This document shows, piece by piece, positions 36,818-47,088 of a stretch of 64,000 nt of DNA. Origin of the DNA: a bacterium (GTDB taxonomy: Bacteria; Patescibacteriota; JABMPQ01; JBDRIV01); NCBI GenBank assembly GCA_043815505.1, contig JBDRIV010000002.1:246943-310942 (forward strand). Reading direction: 5' to 3'. Both the position numbers and the translations under genes were made by a program. How positions within the stretch are numbered: position 1 is the stretch's first letter; each line of letters opens with the position of its first letter. A model generated the notes under the pieces. That model made no database searches. It had not been told where the DNA came from and saw only the letters and a program-made list of their open reading frames with translations.

Positions 36818-36890
36818 TTGCTTAGAGCTTATAGCAGGGAGCAAATAGCAACGGCATAACTATTAGCCATTTGCCATATGCTAGATGCCA
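36818..36890. repeat. Inverted heptamer array immediately upstream of dnaE
   Basis: ttgctta gagctta tagcagg gagcaaa tagcaac ... ttagcca tttgcca tatgcta gatgcca. Confidence 0.75.
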
Positions 36891-36891
36891 G

Positions 36892-37512
36892 TTACTCTTC
36901 TGTTCTAATTTTTGCTTTCTTTTTTCTACCTTCAAAAAAGAAAATGCTGCCAATTATAATTCCGAGGATGCTGACGATTAGTAGGGCAGTTAGTAAAAAC
37001 CAACTAAAAATGAAATTGGCGATAGCGACAACCAAATTAACTACACTTAAACCGATAGCAGTTTTATTTAGCAACCAAACAACAAAGAAAAATATTATTA
37101 GATAAACAGAAAACTTCTTCCAGTTAAAACTTTCTTGATGGAAAAGATTGTTCCAAAACAGTTTAAATTTCAAAGAAATTGTTTTTCCATGCTTCTTGTT
37201 TTTCATAATATCTCGGATGGCTTCATAATAGGCTTCCAGTAACTTATCAGCTTCTTTGGTAGTAACAGTAATATCAGTTTCTTCTTTTACTTTCTTTACC
37301 AAATCGTGGCTAATTTTTAAATCTTTATAATTTAAAATTAAAGGTTTGGCCAATTGAATATTTTCATCAACAGTTTTTCCTGGGTAACCAAGTTTAGAGA
37401 AAATTTGTGCTAATATTTTCTCTGTCTCCAGCAGAGCCATAGCCGCACTACCATTTGACTTTTCCGCTAAAAATTCTTCTACTTTTTTCCACGATAAGTT
37501 TTTTTCAGTCAT
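36892..37512 (-). CDS. Hypothetical protein with C-terminal TM helices
   Basis: 206-aa ORF in the dnaE operon. Confidence 0.7.
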   Translation of the reverse strand: MTEKNLSWKKVEEFLAEKSNGSAAMALLETEKILAQIFSKLGYPGKTVDENIQLAKPLILNYKDLKISHDLVKKVKEETDITVTTKEADKLLEAYYEAIRDIMKNKKHGKTISLKFKLFWNNLFHQESFNWKKFSVYLIIFFFVVWLLNKTAIGLSVVNLVVAIANFIFSWFLLTALLIVSILGIIIGSIFFFEGRKKKAKIRTEE

Positions 37513-37650
37513 GTAATTGTAATAATGTATATAAATAACCTACCTTGTATAATACAACACAAAAACAGGGTTGTGAACCACCTAATAGTTTATTGTGGTC
37601 ATCCTCTGTGAGGAGGGTAAAAACCCTGTTTTTGTATTTAATACGTAATA

Positions 37651-37872
37651 TTAGCTATCGAACTTTTTCTTGATTTGCTTAACTTTTTTATTCACCTTGC
37701 CTTTGGCTGATTCTGCTTCCTCCTTTATTTCTTCCAATTTTTCAAGCAAGGCTTTTCTAGCTTCTTTACCAGTCATAGGAGCCATAAGAAGAGCTGATAG
37801 AGCTCCAACAACAGCTCCGAATATGGCGCCGGCGGCAAATCCTTTGCCATTGTGTTCACTCTTCTTGGTCAT
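37651..37872 (-). CDS. YtxH-domain protein
   Basis: GAIFGAVVGALSALLMAPMTGKEARK. Confidence 0.85.
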   Translation of the reverse strand: MTKKSEHNGKGFAAGAIFGAVVGALSALLMAPMTGKEARKALLEKLEEIKEEAESAKGKVNKKVKQIKKKFDS

Positions 37873-37876
37873 ATAT

Positions 37877-38071
37877 TTAGATAAAACTTTCGCCGTAGCG
37901 CATTGCGAATATGAAGGCATTGAAAGCAATACCTAAAGATCCGGCAAACGCAAACAGTGTTAAAGCTCCTATCAAAACCTGAATTTTGTCTTGCACCTTT
38001 ACAGGTGCTTCAGTTTCGTTAGCAACTTTGTTGATTTCTGGAACTGGCTGTTCCATAGTCTCATTTTGCAT
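37877..38071 (-). CDS. Small membrane protein
   Basis: 64-aa ORF with one TM between the DUF948-like and YtxH genes. Confidence 0.55.
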   Translation of the reverse strand: MQNETMEQPVPEINKVANETEAPVKVQDKIQVLIGALTLFAFAGSLGIAFNAFIFAMRYGESFI

Positions 38072-38087
38072 GGGGTTTTATTAATAA

Positions 38088-38417
38088 TTATTTGTTTTTG
38101 TTTTTACTGGACTTTATTTTTTTAGCAGTTTTTACAATATTGTTAACTCCCTTAATAACAGAGGAAACATTGGTTAGGGGACGCAAGATGTTATTATTAA
38201 TCATTTGCACAGTTTTATTAACATCAGCAATTGTGTCACCAGTTTCTTCAACGGCATCATCTAAATGACGCAATTTATTATTAACATTACGAACAGTTTT
38301 TCTGGATTCTTGAATTACCTTAGTTAGATTGAAAATAAGGTGAGTTGTATAGCCTCCTAAAGCCAAAATTACTATAGCTAGGGCAATCCACAGCAGGTCT
38401 GTGCTAGTTTCTAACAT
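38088..38417 (-). CDS. DUF948/YtxG-like protein
   Basis: N-terminal TM plus heptad helix; adjacent to YtxH. Confidence 0.65.
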   Translation of the reverse strand: MLETSTDLLWIALAIVILALGGYTTHLIFNLTKVIQESRKTVRNVNNKLRHLDDAVEETGDTIADVNKTVQMINNNILRPLTNVSSVIKGVNNIVKTAKKIKSSKNKNK

Positions 38418-38568
38418 ATAAATATATTACCAATTATACATTAATTTTAGCATATTTTGATATATTTGTCAAAGGCAATTGGCACATTTAGGCTTAAATA
38501 AAGGAATTATATTATCTATGGCTTTTTTCTTAAATATTAAGTAAAATATAAGTATATTAAACAAACAT

Positions 38569-39528
38569 ATGGTGGAAAAAAAGAAGCCAATATTACCTTC
38601 TCCCAAAGATCTGTTCAAAGCATCTACAAAAAAGAATCAGGACAAGCCAACAGAAATTTCTCCTGAAGATAAGAGAAGGGATGACATAAAAAAGAAAATA
38701 CAATCGGTTGAGGGTGAATATAAAAAAATGATTTACCGCGAAACTCACAAAGATCAAATTGTGAGAAATTGGATTGTCATTATTATTGGTGTAGGCTTAG
38801 CTTTAATGATGTTGATTGGCATTGGAATTGCCGTACGTTACATTCCTTTCATAAAAGAATTACTGGAACCACCACCTCCACCACCGCAAATTGAGCAACC
38901 ACCAGATGATTATGCTTTGGAAATTCAGGAAGTAACATTATTACCACGAACCAATCAAGAAGGTTTCTTCGATTTTGTGGCTAAAGTTTATGATAACAAC
39001 GTGGAGTGGGGAGCCAGTGAGTTTGATTATAGGATTACATTACTGGATGATAGTAAAAACGAAGTGGGGTTAGAAACGGGCAATAATTACATTTTACCAA
39101 GTCAAACAAAATACATCACGAGGTTTGGAATTAATGCTAAGGGAGCAACGAGTGCAGAAATGGAAATAGTTTCTTTAACTGCTCAGAAAATGACAGAGGA
39201 AAGAGACTTAGGTGTAGAAATTTATGGTTTAGATGTTAAAGCCTCGGCCTTAGAAACTTCAATATTTGGTTTTGTGGAGAATAAAGGAATTTATGATCTT
39301 GATGAAATAAAATTCATAATTCTTTTACTAGATACTGAAGGAAAAATTGTAGGAATAAACACAACTACTAAAAACACCTTTTTGCATGGAGAAAAGAGAG
39401 AATTCTTTCTAACTTGGCCATATCAAATCAATTCCAGTTTGGCTGTTGTAGAATCATATGTGAACGTATATAATTCAAATACTTTCGCTGATATTCTTTC
39501 AGGTAAATCAGTGGATCTTGAATACTAA
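38569..39528 (+). CDS. Membrane-anchored hypothetical protein (two Ig/FxLYD-like domains)
   Basis: TM, poly-Pro linker, G.VEN..G..LD..GKIVG pattern. Confidence 0.65.
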   Translation: MVEKKKPILPSPKDLFKASTKKNQDKPTEISPEDKRRDDIKKKIQSVEGEYKKMIYRETHKDQIVRNWIVIIIGVGLALMMLIGIGIAVRYIPFIKELLEPPPPPPQIEQPPDDYALEIQEVTLLPRTNQEGFFDFVAKVYDNNVEWGASEFDYRITLLDDSKNEVGLETGNNYILPSQTKYITRFGINAKGATSAEMEIVSLTAQKMTEERDLGVEIYGLDVKASALETSIFGFVENKGIYDLDEIKFIILLLDTEGKIVGINTTTKNTFLHGEKREFFLTWPYQINSSLAVVESYVNVYNSNTFADILSGKSVDLEY

Positions 39529-39536
39529 ATTCTAAA

Positions 39537-40640
39537 ATGGCCAGAACAACTCTATGGTTTCGACAATTTGATTTTTGGTTGTTGGGAGCAATAACTTTAT
39601 TGGTGGGACTAGGGATGTTAGTAATATTTTCTACCACCGTTAGTGATGAGGGTTACCGCTCAATTAATGTCCAAGGACTGGCTTTAGTTCTTGGTATTTT
39701 TGTTTTGTCTTTTTTAAGTGCCCTGGATTATAGGTATTTAAAAAATCTTTCTTATATTTTATACGTCCTTACAATAGTGGTTTTGGTTTTGTTATTATTT
39801 TTTGGAAAAACTGTTAAAGGAACAACAGGTTGGTTTAATTTAGGATTCATTCAAGTTCAACCATCTGAGTTTGCTAAAGTTACTATGTTGCTAGTGCTCG
39901 CGCGCTATTTTTCCTGGTGCGTAGGCCGTCCTTCTCGTCTTCAGTTTGTTATTGTTTCCGGAATTTTAGTGGGAATTCCCACTATAATTACCATGTTACA
40001 ACCAGAATTTGGGTCAGCTCTGTTACTTGTTTTTATGTGGTTGGGAATGTTGCTTTTTACGGGTATAAAAAGAAACTATGTTATTGCTTTAGTGGTGGTG
40101 TTTTTAGTAACCGCTTTACTTGGTTGGAATTTCTTTTTGCAGGATTATCAAAAAGAAAGAATTATGACTTTTATGCAACCACAAGATGATCCCTTGGGTG
40201 CGGGCTGGAACATGAATCAAGCTATTATTGCTGTGGGTTCTGGCGGTTTAATTGGGCGTGGGTTAGGGGAGGGCTCGCAAAGCCAGTTAGATTTTTTACC
40301 TGAACAACACACCGATTTTATTTTTGCTGTTATCGCTGAAGAGCTAGGTTTAGTAGGAACATTAGCTGTGATAATTTTATTTGCCTTTCTTTTATACAGG
40401 ATGTTGCGCATTGCTTATCGGGCGCGTGATGATTTTGGATTAATGTTAGCCATTGGAGCTAGTGTACTTTTAATAGCTCAGATTACTTTAAATATTGGTA
40501 TGAACTTAGGCATTTTACCGATTGCCGGTGTACCTTTGCCACTTGTAAGTTCTGGTGGTTCAGCCTTACTTGCTATGATGATGATTTTTGGCATTTTGCA
40601 AAGTGTGATAATTCGACACAAAGGAGTGGTTTTTAAATAA
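39537..40640 (+). CDS. rodA: Rod shape-determining protein RodA (SEDS family)
   Basis: QPSEFAK, LPEQHTDFIF, GVPLPLVSSGGS. Confidence 0.9.
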   Translation: MARTTLWFRQFDFWLLGAITLLVGLGMLVIFSTTVSDEGYRSINVQGLALVLGIFVLSFLSALDYRYLKNLSYILYVLTIVVLVLLLFFGKTVKGTTGWFNLGFIQVQPSEFAKVTMLLVLARYFSWCVGRPSRLQFVIVSGILVGIPTIITMLQPEFGSALLLVFMWLGMLLFTGIKRNYVIALVVVFLVTALLGWNFFLQDYQKERIMTFMQPQDDPLGAGWNMNQAIIAVGSGGLIGRGLGEGSQSQLDFLPEQHTDFIFAVIAEELGLVGTLAVIILFAFLLYRMLRIAYRARDDFGLMLAIGASVLLIAQITLNIGMNLGILPIAGVPLPLVSSGGSALLAMMMIFGILQSVIIRHKGVVFK

Positions 40641-40671
40641 TATAAAGAACAATTCTATTGCTCAAGGATGA

Positions 40672-40700
40672 TTGACTTGAGGGTCGCAATTTGATATAAT
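40672..40700 (+). promoter_or_regulatory. Sigma70-type promoter (extended -10)
   Basis: TTGACT-17nt-TATAAT with TGn. Confidence 0.7.
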
Positions 40701-40728
40701 AAAGTTAGAAACAAAAATAAAAATACAT

Positions 40729-41073
40729 ATGAATAAATCAGATTTAAATAATCTATCAGAAGAGGAACGCTTTTTATCAGCGTGCCCATTGTGTAATACG
40801 CGTTATGAACCTGAAGAGGCTAAAATTGTTGAGGAAAAAGACGACGCGTATTTATTGTATACAATTTGTGAAAAATGTGGTTCCAATATTGTGGCAACTT
40901 TGACAACCAATTCTTTGGGCGTAAGTTCTATTGGGTTGGTTACAGATTTAACATATGAAGATGTGGTGTTGTTTAAAGATGGTGACGGAATATTTGCTAA
41001 CGATGTTGTAGAATTATATGAACATCTAAAAGCCAACGACGGTGATATGAAATTTTTGACCAGCGAAGCATAA
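40729..41073 (+). CDS. Hypothetical zinc-ribbon protein
   Basis: CPLC...CEKC, VTDLT..D. Confidence 0.75.
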   Translation: MNKSDLNNLSEEERFLSACPLCNTRYEPEEAKIVEEKDDAYLLYTICEKCGSNIVATLTTNSLGVSSIGLVTDLTYEDVVLFKDGDGIFANDVVELYEHLKANDGDMKFLTSEA

Positions 41074-41085
41074 ATATAAATTTGC

Positions 41086-41122
41086 AAACCTCTGTAAGTC
41101 AAGTGGCCAGCAGAGGTTTTTT
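41086..41122 (+). terminator. Intrinsic terminator
   Basis: AAACCTCTG...CAGAGGTTTTTT. Confidence 0.6.
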
Positions 41123-41283
41123 GTTTGTAAAAATAGTAGAAAAACAGCAAAATTTAGCGTTTAGAATAACATTGACTAATATAATAAATTAGTTCCTAAT
41201 ATAATATTTAACGAAACCCTTGCAATTATTCAAAAAATCGCTATAATAAATTCTGAATTTTTAAAACAGATTGGATAAATATT

Positions 41284-42072
41284 ATGGACATAATTACCTT
41301 AAATATAAAGACACGAGAATTGTCTACAAAAGAGAAAAAAGCTCTTCGAAAAACAGGCAGAGTTCCTGCTATTGTTTATGGTAAAGAAGCCAAAAACATG
41401 CCGATTTCTGTTGATGCCAAGGAATTTAATAAGGTCTTTAAAGAAGCTGGAGAAAGTACAATTTTGGAGCTTACAACAGACGATAAAAAGAAGAAAAATG
41501 CGGTCGTAAAAGATTTTCAAAGAGATCCTGTTCGTGATGACTTTATCCACATCGATTTTTTGGAAGTAAGCATGACTGAAAAGATGACCGCTGAAGTGCC
41601 ACTAAAATTTGTTGGTATTTCAAAGGCAGTTAAAGACGATGCTGGAATTTTAGTTAAAAACGTATCTGAGGTTGAAGTAGAATGTTTACCAGCTGATTTG
41701 CCCCGAGAAATTAAAGTTAGCATTTCTTCTCTAGATACTTTTGATGATGTTATTAAAATTAAAGATATTGAGGTTCCGGAAGGCGTAGAAATTTTAGAAA
41801 AACCAACTGAAACCATTGTTGTTGTTACTCCACCTCGATCTGAAGAAGAATTGGAAAGTCTGGAAGAAGAAGTGGAAGAAAAAGTTGAAGATGTTGAAGG
41901 TGTAACTAAAGAAGAAGAGGGTGAAGAAGGAGAAGAAGGTGAAAAGAAAGAAGATGGTTCGGCAGGTTCACCACAAGATAAAGATGCTCTCAAAGAAGAT
42001 GGTTCGGCAGGCTCACCACAAGATGGTTCGACAAGCTCACCACAGGGCAAGAAGGAAGATAGTTCGAAATAA
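41284..42072 (+). CDS. rplY: 50S ribosomal protein L25/Ctc with acidic tail containing 24-bp repeat insertions
   Basis: LRKTGRVPAIVYG, HIDF, VECLPADLP. Confidence 0.95.
   Translation: MDIITLNIKTRELSTKEKKALRKTGRVPAIVYGKEAKNMPISVDAKEFNKVFKEAGESTILELTTDDKKKKNAVVKDFQRDPVRDDFIHIDFLEVSMTEKMTAEVPLKFVGISKAVKDDAGILVKNVSEVEVECLPADLPREIKVSISSLDTFDDVIKIKDIEVPEGVEILEKPTETIVVVTPPRSEEELESLEEEVEEKVEDVEGVTKEEEGEEGEEGEKKEDGSAGSPQDKDALKEDGSAGSPQDGSTSSPQGKKEDSSK
41953..42045 (+). repeat. Family C 24-bp palindromic units (x3) in rplY
   Basis: GATGGTTCGRCARGYTCACCACAR at 41953, 41998 and 42022; relatives at 18754, 20646 and 42075. Confidence 0.7.
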
Positions 42073-42122
42073 CTCACCTCGATAAACTCGGGGCAAGCAC
42101 CACAAGTAAATAATAGAATTAC

Positions 42123-42437
42123 ATGACAGTAAAAGATACAATTCAAAAAGTTAAAGATGCCGAAATTAAGGCCCGTAAAAATATTTCTAATTCTGAAGAA
42201 GAGGCCAAGAAAATTATTCTCGAAGCTAAAGAAAAAGCAGTTAATAGACTTGAGAGTGTAAAAAAAGATGCTAATAAACAAATGGGTAGCATTGTTGATG
42301 ATGCTAAGAAAAATGCTGAATTAGAACTCAAAAAAATGAAGGAAGAAAAACAAGCTGGGATTGATAAAACAACCGCTAAAATTTCTAGTAACAAAAAAGA
42401 AGCAGTAAATTATATTTGGGAGAAACTTATAAACTAA
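42123..42437 (+). CDS. V/A-type ATPase subunit H (G)
   Basis: Helical stator subunit, first gene of the operon. Confidence 0.8.
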   Translation: MTVKDTIQKVKDAEIKARKNISNSEEEAKKIILEAKEKAVNRLESVKKDANKQMGSIVDDAKKNAELELKKMKEEKQAGIDKTTAKISSNKKEAVNYIWEKLIN

Positions 42438-44405
42438 ATGGCAGTAGCAAAACTACAAAAAATCAGGCTCATATGTCACAAGCAGAAAAAGGAAGAAGTG
42501 CTTGATTTTTTACATACGGTTGGTGTTATGCACGTTGAATTGGAGACAAAAGAAGGAGAAGTAGTTGGTGAAGCTTCAACTTTAGAATACGATTTGGCAG
42601 AAGTAAAATTTGCTATTGATTTTCTAACCCCTTTTGAAGTTATACCTAAGCAATCTTTGTCCCAAAAACTTGATGGCAAGAAAATTCGTTTAACCAAAAA
42701 AGAATTTAAGAAAGCAGTTTCCGGATTTGATTGCAAAAATCTATTAGTTGAGATTAAGAAAGTTGATGAGGATTTAAATTATGCAGAATCAGAAAGTATA
42801 AGCGAGCAAGAAAAAGTGACTACCTACAAAAAATGGATTCCTTTGCACGAAAAGCTATCTGCTATAAAAGATAATGGTTCAACAAAGTTTATACTGGCCG
42901 AAGTTCCCCAAGTGCATTACGATTTCTTTTTGGAAAAGTTTGATCAAGAGGTGAAATTGGCTGAAGTTAAAAAAGTTAATAGTCTGGATGGATTTGAACA
43001 ACTTCTAATTATTGTAAACGAGAAGTTTAGAGAACAAGCTGTTAATGTGCTTTCTGAATTTGCAGGATTGGAAGTTGATTTACCAAAAAATGGCAAAACA
43101 CCAAAGGAATTGGTCGATATTCATTCCAGAAGAGCAAAGTCTTCTAAAAAGGAAATCGAGAAATTAAATGAACATGCCATTAATTTGGCAGAAAATTTGC
43201 AGAGTTTTAGAATTTTATTTGATTATTTAACTTGGCAACAAGAAAAAGAGGAAGTGCAAAAGGGGAGCGTAATGACAGATAGTACGGTGGCCATGACCGG
43301 TTGGATTCGTGCTAAAGCTTACGGAGATATAAAAAAGGATTTAGCCAAGATTACCAAATTGCTAACATTAAAGAAGATTAAGCCTAAAAAAGACGAAGAG
43401 ACTCCAGTTTTACTTGAGAATAAATCTGTTATTAGACCCTTTGAAGCAGTTACAAATATTTATGGTGCACCAAAATCATCTGAGATTGACCCGACATTTT
43501 GGTTGGCACCATTTTTTATAGTTTTCTTTGGACTAGCTTTAACTGATGCTGGTTACGGAATTGTTTTAGCCCTATTTGCTTTTATTGGTATGAAAGTAAT
43601 GAAAGTTCCTGGAGAAAAACAGCGTTTATGGAGACTTTTAATTTATGGTGGTATTTCCACTTTTGTAATTGGAATTCTGTTTGGTGGTTGGTTCGGAATC
43701 GTGTTGGATGACTTACCAGATTCAATTGGCTTTATAAGAGATTTCCTATTATCACTCAGAATGATTGACCCAGTAGCTGATCCAATTACCTTTATGATCT
43801 TATCTTTTGCCCTAGGAATTCTGCATGTTCTAACTGGAATCGCTATTGATATTGTCTGGAAGATTAAAAACAAAGATTATGTTGATGCTATTTTGGACAG
43901 CGGATTGTGGTTCTATTTCATTGTAGTATTATTACTTTTCGCTCTAGCAGCTGTTGGTGTTTTGCCAGAGAGTTTCTCCGGACCTGCAAAAATCGCCGTC
44001 CTAATTGGCGCTGGATTACTGGTTGTAACACAAGGTAGAAAGAGTAAAAATATTGTAGCCAAAGCTGGTATTGGTGCTCTTAGTCTTTATAATATTGTTG
44101 GCTATTTTTCTGACATCCTTTCTTATTCTCGTTTGCTAGCCTTAGGATTGGCCACCGGAATAATTGCTATGGTAGTTAACCTAATTGCTGTTATGTTTAA
44201 AGAGATGATTCCAGTTGTTGGCTGGGTAGTTATGATTCTAGTTTTGGTCGGTGGACATTTGTTTAATTTAACGATTAACGCCCTCGGAGCTTTTATTCAC
44301 TCCGGTCGTTTGCAGTTTGTAGAATTCTTTCCGAAATTTATGGAAGGTGGCGGCAGTCGTTTCAAACCGTTTGTCAGAGAAGGGAAGTATGTCATTGTTA
44401 GCTAA
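42438..44405 (+). CDS. atpI: V/A-type ATPase subunit I (a)
   Basis: EIDPT, DAGYG, DILSYSRL, RLQFVEFFPKF. Confidence 0.95.
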   Translation: MAVAKLQKIRLICHKQKKEEVLDFLHTVGVMHVELETKEGEVVGEASTLEYDLAEVKFAIDFLTPFEVIPKQSLSQKLDGKKIRLTKKEFKKAVSGFDCKNLLVEIKKVDEDLNYAESESISEQEKVTTYKKWIPLHEKLSAIKDNGSTKFILAEVPQVHYDFFLEKFDQEVKLAEVKKVNSLDGFEQLLIIVNEKFREQAVNVLSEFAGLEVDLPKNGKTPKELVDIHSRRAKSSKKEIEKLNEHAINLAENLQSFRILFDYLTWQQEKEEVQKGSVMTDSTVAMTGWIRAKAYGDIKKDLAKITKLLTLKKIKPKKDEETPVLLENKSVIRPFEAVTNIYGAPKSSEIDPTFWLAPFFIVFFGLALTDAGYGIVLALFAFIGMKVMKVPGEKQRLWRLLIYGGISTFVIGILFGGWFGIVLDDLPDSIGFIRDFLLSLRMIDPVADPITFMILSFALGILHVLTGIAIDIVWKIKNKDYVDAILDSGLWFYFIVVLLLFALAAVGVLPESFSGPAKIAVLIGAGLLVVTQGRKSKNIVAKAGIGALSLYNIVGYFSDILSYSRLLALGLATGIIAMVVNLIAVMFKEMIPVVGWVVMILVLVGGHLFNLTINALGAFIHSGRLQFVEFFPKFMEGGGSRFKPFVREGKYVIVS

Positions 44406-44429
44406 TAAACCAAATTATTTGGTAGTTAG

Positions 44430-44933
<504 letters not shown>

Positions 44934-45488
44934 ATGGCACTTAAAAACGTCATAGAAAAAATTAGTCAAGATGCTAACACTGAAGCTTCTAAAAATATAA
45001 AAGAAGCTGGTCTTCAGGCTGACAAAATTTTGCAAGTGGCTGATAAAAAATCAGAAATGATAAGAACCAAAGTTTTGGAACAGGGAAGAGTGAAAGCTGA
45101 TAAAATTCATGAGCAAGCTGTGAGCGCTGCGGTTATGTGGGAGAGAAACGAAATTCTTAAAAGCAAACAAAAAACTTTGCAGGAAGTTTATGAAGAATTA
45201 TCAGCTAAGATGCAGAATCTATCTGACGAAGAACACAAGCAGTTGCTAAGCAAACTACTAAAAGGTTTACCAACTGAAGGTGAAATTGTAGCCACAAAGA
45301 AGAGTCAAAGTTTACTGCGTGATTTAGTTTCACAAGCTGGGCTAAATTTGGCCAGTGAAACTATTGCTGGCGATGGTGGCTTCATGTATCGATCTGATGA
45401 GATTGATATTGACCAAAGATTTGAAAGTGTTCTGAAATCTTTGCGCGAAGAAACTGAAGCCGGAGCAGCTAATAAACTTTTTAACTAA
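44934..45488 (+). CDS. atpE: V/A-type ATPase subunit E
   Basis: Helical N-terminus, GGF..., operon position. Confidence 0.85.
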   Translation: MALKNVIEKISQDANTEASKNIKEAGLQADKILQVADKKSEMIRTKVLEQGRVKADKIHEQAVSAAVMWERNEILKSKQKTLQEVYEELSAKMQNLSDEEHKQLLSKLLKGLPTEGEIVATKKSQSLLRDLVSQAGLNLASETIAGDGGFMYRSDEIDIDQRFESVLKSLREETEAGAANKLFN

Positions 45489-45494
45489 CTTAAG

Positions 45495-45567
45495 CCCAGT
45501 AGTACAACCATAAAGTTGTTCTGCTGGCAAAACCAGTAATTATTAATCATTAAGTTGTACTACTGGA
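45495..45567 (+). mobile_element. Family A element (copy 7, before subunit C)
   Basis: AAG|CCCAGTAGTACAAC...GTTGTACTACTGGA|ATG. Confidence 0.75.
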
Positions 45568-46575
45568 ATGGGTGTAACAAACGATAAATATTTGTTTGCC
45601 ACCGGCCGGTTGAGATCACTGGAGGCAAAAGTTTTGTCGCCAACTGACATTGATCGCATGGTGGATGCTAAAGATGCAGAAGAAGCATTGAAAGTTTTTA
45701 ATGACCTTTCTTTAGCAGACGAGCGAGTGGACATGAAAGACGCCACTTCTTTTGAGGCGGCTGTTATGCACGACTTGGGTCAATTAAAAGATGAAATCGC
45801 TGGTCTGACACCTGATAATGTTTTATTGGAATGGTTGTTTTTAGCAGAAGATGCTCACAATGTGAAGTTGCTTCTAAAACTAGCCAAAGGTGAGTTAGTT
45901 GAAGAAAAATATTTAGGTTCATTTTCCAACTTAGCTTTGTTACCACTGGAAAAACTAAAAATTCTTCTAGACGGTAAAAATGAAGAAGTAAGTGAAGTTT
46001 ATAGAAATTTTATTACTGAAGTTTTGGAGAACAAAGCAAAAGCAGAAGAAGCGATTCAAATTGATATGATGGTTGATAAGGCTTACACAAAAGCGCTTGG
46101 TGCCATGTCAAAAATAATCAGAAAAGATTTTGTTAAGAAAATTACCGAGTACAGAATTAATGCTGCTAACATTAAAACTTCTATTCGTCTAAAACTTATG
46201 GACAAACCAGTTGGAGTTTTAAATGAAGCATTTAATGAAGGTGGAAACCTAAAGTTAAATGATGTAGTAGAAGTGTATGGTGGACAAACAACAGACTTGG
46301 CTAAAGTTTTGCAATCTAGTATTGATGGTTCACTGAAAGAAAGTATCAGTAAAGCTTTGGAAGAAAAACAATTGAGCGAATTGGACAAAGCTTTGGAAGA
46401 ATATGAATTGCAACTCTGTGCCGAAACTACATACATAGCTTATGGACCAGAAATTGTTGTGGCTTACACAATTCTAAAACAAGCAGCGCTAAAAAATATT
46501 CGTTTAATAATGAGTGGCAAAGTAAATGACATTCAGCCAGCTGAAATCAGACAATACTTAAGAGTCAAGCAATAA
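45568..46575 (+). CDS. atpC: V/A-type ATPase subunit C (d)
   Basis: RLRSLEAKVL, HNVKLL, NIRLIMSGK. Confidence 0.9.
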   Translation: MGVTNDKYLFATGRLRSLEAKVLSPTDIDRMVDAKDAEEALKVFNDLSLADERVDMKDATSFEAAVMHDLGQLKDEIAGLTPDNVLLEWLFLAEDAHNVKLLLKLAKGELVEEKYLGSFSNLALLPLEKLKILLDGKNEEVSEVYRNFITEVLENKAKAEEAIQIDMMVDKAYTKALGAMSKIIRKDFVKKITEYRINAANIKTSIRLKLMDKPVGVLNEAFNEGGNLKLNDVVEVYGGQTTDLAKVLQSSIDGSLKESISKALEEKQLSELDKALEEYELQLCAETTYIAYGPEIVVAYTILKQAALKNIRLIMSGKVNDIQPAEIRQYLRVKQ

Positions 46576-46576
46576 A

Positions 46577-46906
46577 ATGACAGATTATAAATTAGCTATA
46601 ATTGGTTCCAAAGATGCCATCGCCGGGTTCTCAGCACTGGGTGTTGAAACTTTGAATGTTTTGGATGCCGACGGTGCTAAAAAAGCTTTGCTAGAAGTAA
46701 CTGAGAAAGATATGAACTTTGCTGTCGTTTTCATCACAGAGGAATTTGCCATGCAAGTTGAAGATGAAATTGCTGAAAATTCTAGCGGACCATTGCCAGC
46801 TATAGTTCCTATTCCTTCTTATCAGGGAAGTAAGGGAGCTGGCACAGCCAAACTCCGTCGCATAGTCGAGCAGGCGGTAGGTTCAGACATACTCTTTAAA
46901 AATTAG
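46577..46906 (+). CDS. atpF: V/A-type ATPase subunit F
   Basis: KLAIIG..D...GF...G, VEQAVGSDI. Confidence 0.92.
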   Translation: MTDYKLAIIGSKDAIAGFSALGVETLNVLDADGAKKALLEVTEKDMNFAVVFITEEFAMQVEDEIAENSSGPLPAIVPIPSYQGSKGAGTAKLRRIVEQAVGSDILFKN

Positions 46907-46909
46907 TGT

Positions 46910-47020
46910 GAGGTCGGCGAATTCATTTCGCGACCGAACTCCAAGGAAGGGGAGGAGCGAACTGCGATAGCAGTGAGCGAGTCGGAAGGGGAAACCCCGA
47001 TTGGGTTTCACCTCCGAGTG
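46910..47020. other. GC-rich multi-hairpin intergenic element
   Basis: GGTCG-GCGAA..TTCGC-GACC; CTGC..GCAG; TCGGA..GAAACCC-cgatt-GGGTTTC..TCCGA. Confidence 0.5.
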
Positions 47021-47088
47021 GATTTAAAGAATAAAACTTGTTTCTATTTGGAGACAGATTTAATTCCTTAAATTAGTAAAATTATATT

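Noticed and set aside
41517-42281. 254-aa minus-strand ORF and other antisense ORFs in the track
   Set aside because: Shadow frames of well-supported genes (rplY, gyrB, ATPase subunits, prfA etc.).
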